64,000 nt of DNA, taken from contig CM000429.1 in NCBI GenBank assembly GCA_000165345.1, positions 416,001-480,000 on the forward strand, given 5' to 3'. The notes below the pieces were generated by a model. That model was not told the DNA's origin. It saw only the letters and a list, made by a program, of their open reading frames with translations, and did no database searches. A program made the translations under genes and the position numbers. This document shows, piece by piece, positions 62,548 through 64,000 of the stretch. Within the stretch, counting starts at the first letter, position 1, and every line of letters starts with the position of its first letter.

Positions 62548-62876
62548 TATAACTATTTCATATATAGATTTGCTTATTGTATTAATTAATTGATTGCCAA
62601 ATTAGTATTGTTTTACGCTAAATCAAACTGGAAATATTTGTAAAGTTAGAACTGAATAAATATAATTCAAATTATTATATTAAGTTCAAAAAAAATTGAT
62701 AAAATTAAAAATATAGCTTCATTCTATACAATGAGATTAATAATCAGAAAAAAAAATAACATGGTTTAAACAAACATTTTTTTTAAAAAAAGGGGCAATT
62801 ATGCGTGAGGGAAACTAAGAATTTTCAATTTTTATTTTATAAATTAAATTAATTCATTAAATAACTATTTCTTTAT

Positions 62877-64000
62877 ATGGGAAATCTTCAATTACTTTCT
62901 TTGGACAATGAGGAAGATTTAAGCAATTTATTTTTAGAATTTAGCTGGCTTGAGGAAAAGGGAGAACTAATAAAAGAAAGCAGGATTTCATTCGATTTTA
63001 AAGTATTTGATCAAGAACGTAAATGCTATGAGATTTATAAATTTTTTGGAGGATTAGATAAATTTTTAAAAATTGACAATGGTAAAGAACTGGATAACGC
63101 AATAGAAAAATTAGACTCCCCTGCCTTGAATTTTGAGCACAATATCTTTTTTAATGAAACTCTATCGCAAAATAGCTTGAAATACTTTCCCAGTTTAAAT
63201 GGCATGTTTTTCGAAAAAAATGAAGACAATATTATGAATAAAATATTATCAGTAATTGAAATACAAAAAAATACCAAGAATAGCATTTTCTACCCAAATA
63301 TAATTTTTTATGAACAAGCTAATAAATCTAAAAATTATATATATTTTAAAAGAGTTATGTGGGAATCAACCATTAAAGATAAATTGGATGAGCTACCTAA
63401 AATTAATTTATTGAATAATGTACTTAAGAATTGGCTTGAATTTCAATCTTTAATGTCCATTGTTCAATTACATTCTTTAGAAATATTTCATGGCAATATA
63501 AAAACAGAAAATATGCTAGTTAATCACTTATATACCGTAAAAATAACAGATATTTCGCCTTGGAAGCCAGTTTTCATTGATAGCTCAGACCTAAGATTTT
63601 GGACCATTTTTTTTGAGGACCAAAATTGTAATGCTAGAAGTAATGTTTTGAGTTGCAATTTGTCTCCAGAAAGATTTTTATTAGAAATTGATACTAAGAA
63701 TATCGAGACTGAGCTTAAATGTGAAATTAAGAATAAATTATTTAGTATGGATATTTTTTCCCTAGGTTGTGTATTGAATGAGATAGAAAATGAAGAATCA
63801 ACATTTACGATCAATGAAATATTACAAATGTCGAAATTTGAAAAATATTGCTCTAATATAAGTAAAATTAATAATGATTGGATTAGAGAAATATTTCTAA
63901 ATTATAACTGGGAAAAAAGACCAGATGCATTTGGAACTTTATTAAAATTATTAAACATGAATAAAATAATACAAATAAACTCCTTAAACGCGTACCTATT
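62877..64000 (+). CDS. VPS15: Vps15 (PI3-kinase regulatory subunit p150 / PIK3R4) protein kinase. It is 5'-complete and 3'-partial, with the open frame running off the window end. It is not in the ORF track because there is no stop.
   Basis: ATG at 62877 reads [14 protein letters not shown].... The kinase core [36 protein letters not shown]...SPERF...[16 protein letters not shown] parallels yeast Vps15 ([37 protein letters not shown]...APERF...[15 protein letters not shown]). Minus-strand ORFs 63035..63286 and 63524..63814 are antisense. Confidence 0.8.
   Translation, partial: [374 protein letters not shown]

Overview
This is an AT-rich, gene-dense eukaryotic window, not a prokaryotic one. 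About 37 protein-coding genes sit on both strands, separated by short intergenic spacers of roughly 150-600 bp. Most genes are single-exon; the rest carry a few tiny introns of 42-58 nt with GTAAGT/GTATGT/GTGAGT donors and YAG acceptors. The ORF track therefore fragments several genes, and I spliced these by eye: Sec22, RbAp48/MSI1, Thg1, Rab2 (4 exons), ALG6 (4 exons), EMC6-like, CDC50 (partial), a WD-repeat gene and a 4-TM gene. There are no rRNA or tRNA genes, transposons or CRISPR arrays. The gene content, intron style and base composition fit a compact apicomplexan genome, most likely Cryptosporidium; this is an inference, not a database match.

The window is dominated by a single uninterrupted 13.8-kb ORF (22483..36321, 4612 aa) encoding a giant E3 ligase with SPRY, UBA and C-terminal HECT domains. 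Other confident calls are pyruvate kinase, Prp17/CDC40, UPRT, prenyltransferase beta, RNA Pol III Rpc25, Yop1/REEP, Utp14, Mog1, Rab2, an ALG6/8-family glucosyltransferase, and a Vps15 kinase that runs off the 3' end of the window.

The points most worth a second look are:
- the Vps15 orthologue reads HGN where the otherwise invariant catalytic HGD is expected;
- the UPRT copy has lost the PRPP-binding aspartate;
- the giant SPRY-UBA-HECT ligase lies in a neighbourhood enriched for ubiquitin and proteasome genes;
- GC-rich palindromic motifs with a TAGCGC core, and E2F-like GGCGGGAA/TTGGCGCCA motifs, recur in the short promoters of this roughly 30%-GC sequence.

I did not find anything that looks like a self-contained new biological system; the findings are individual gene variants, gene-model corrections and candidate promoter motifs.
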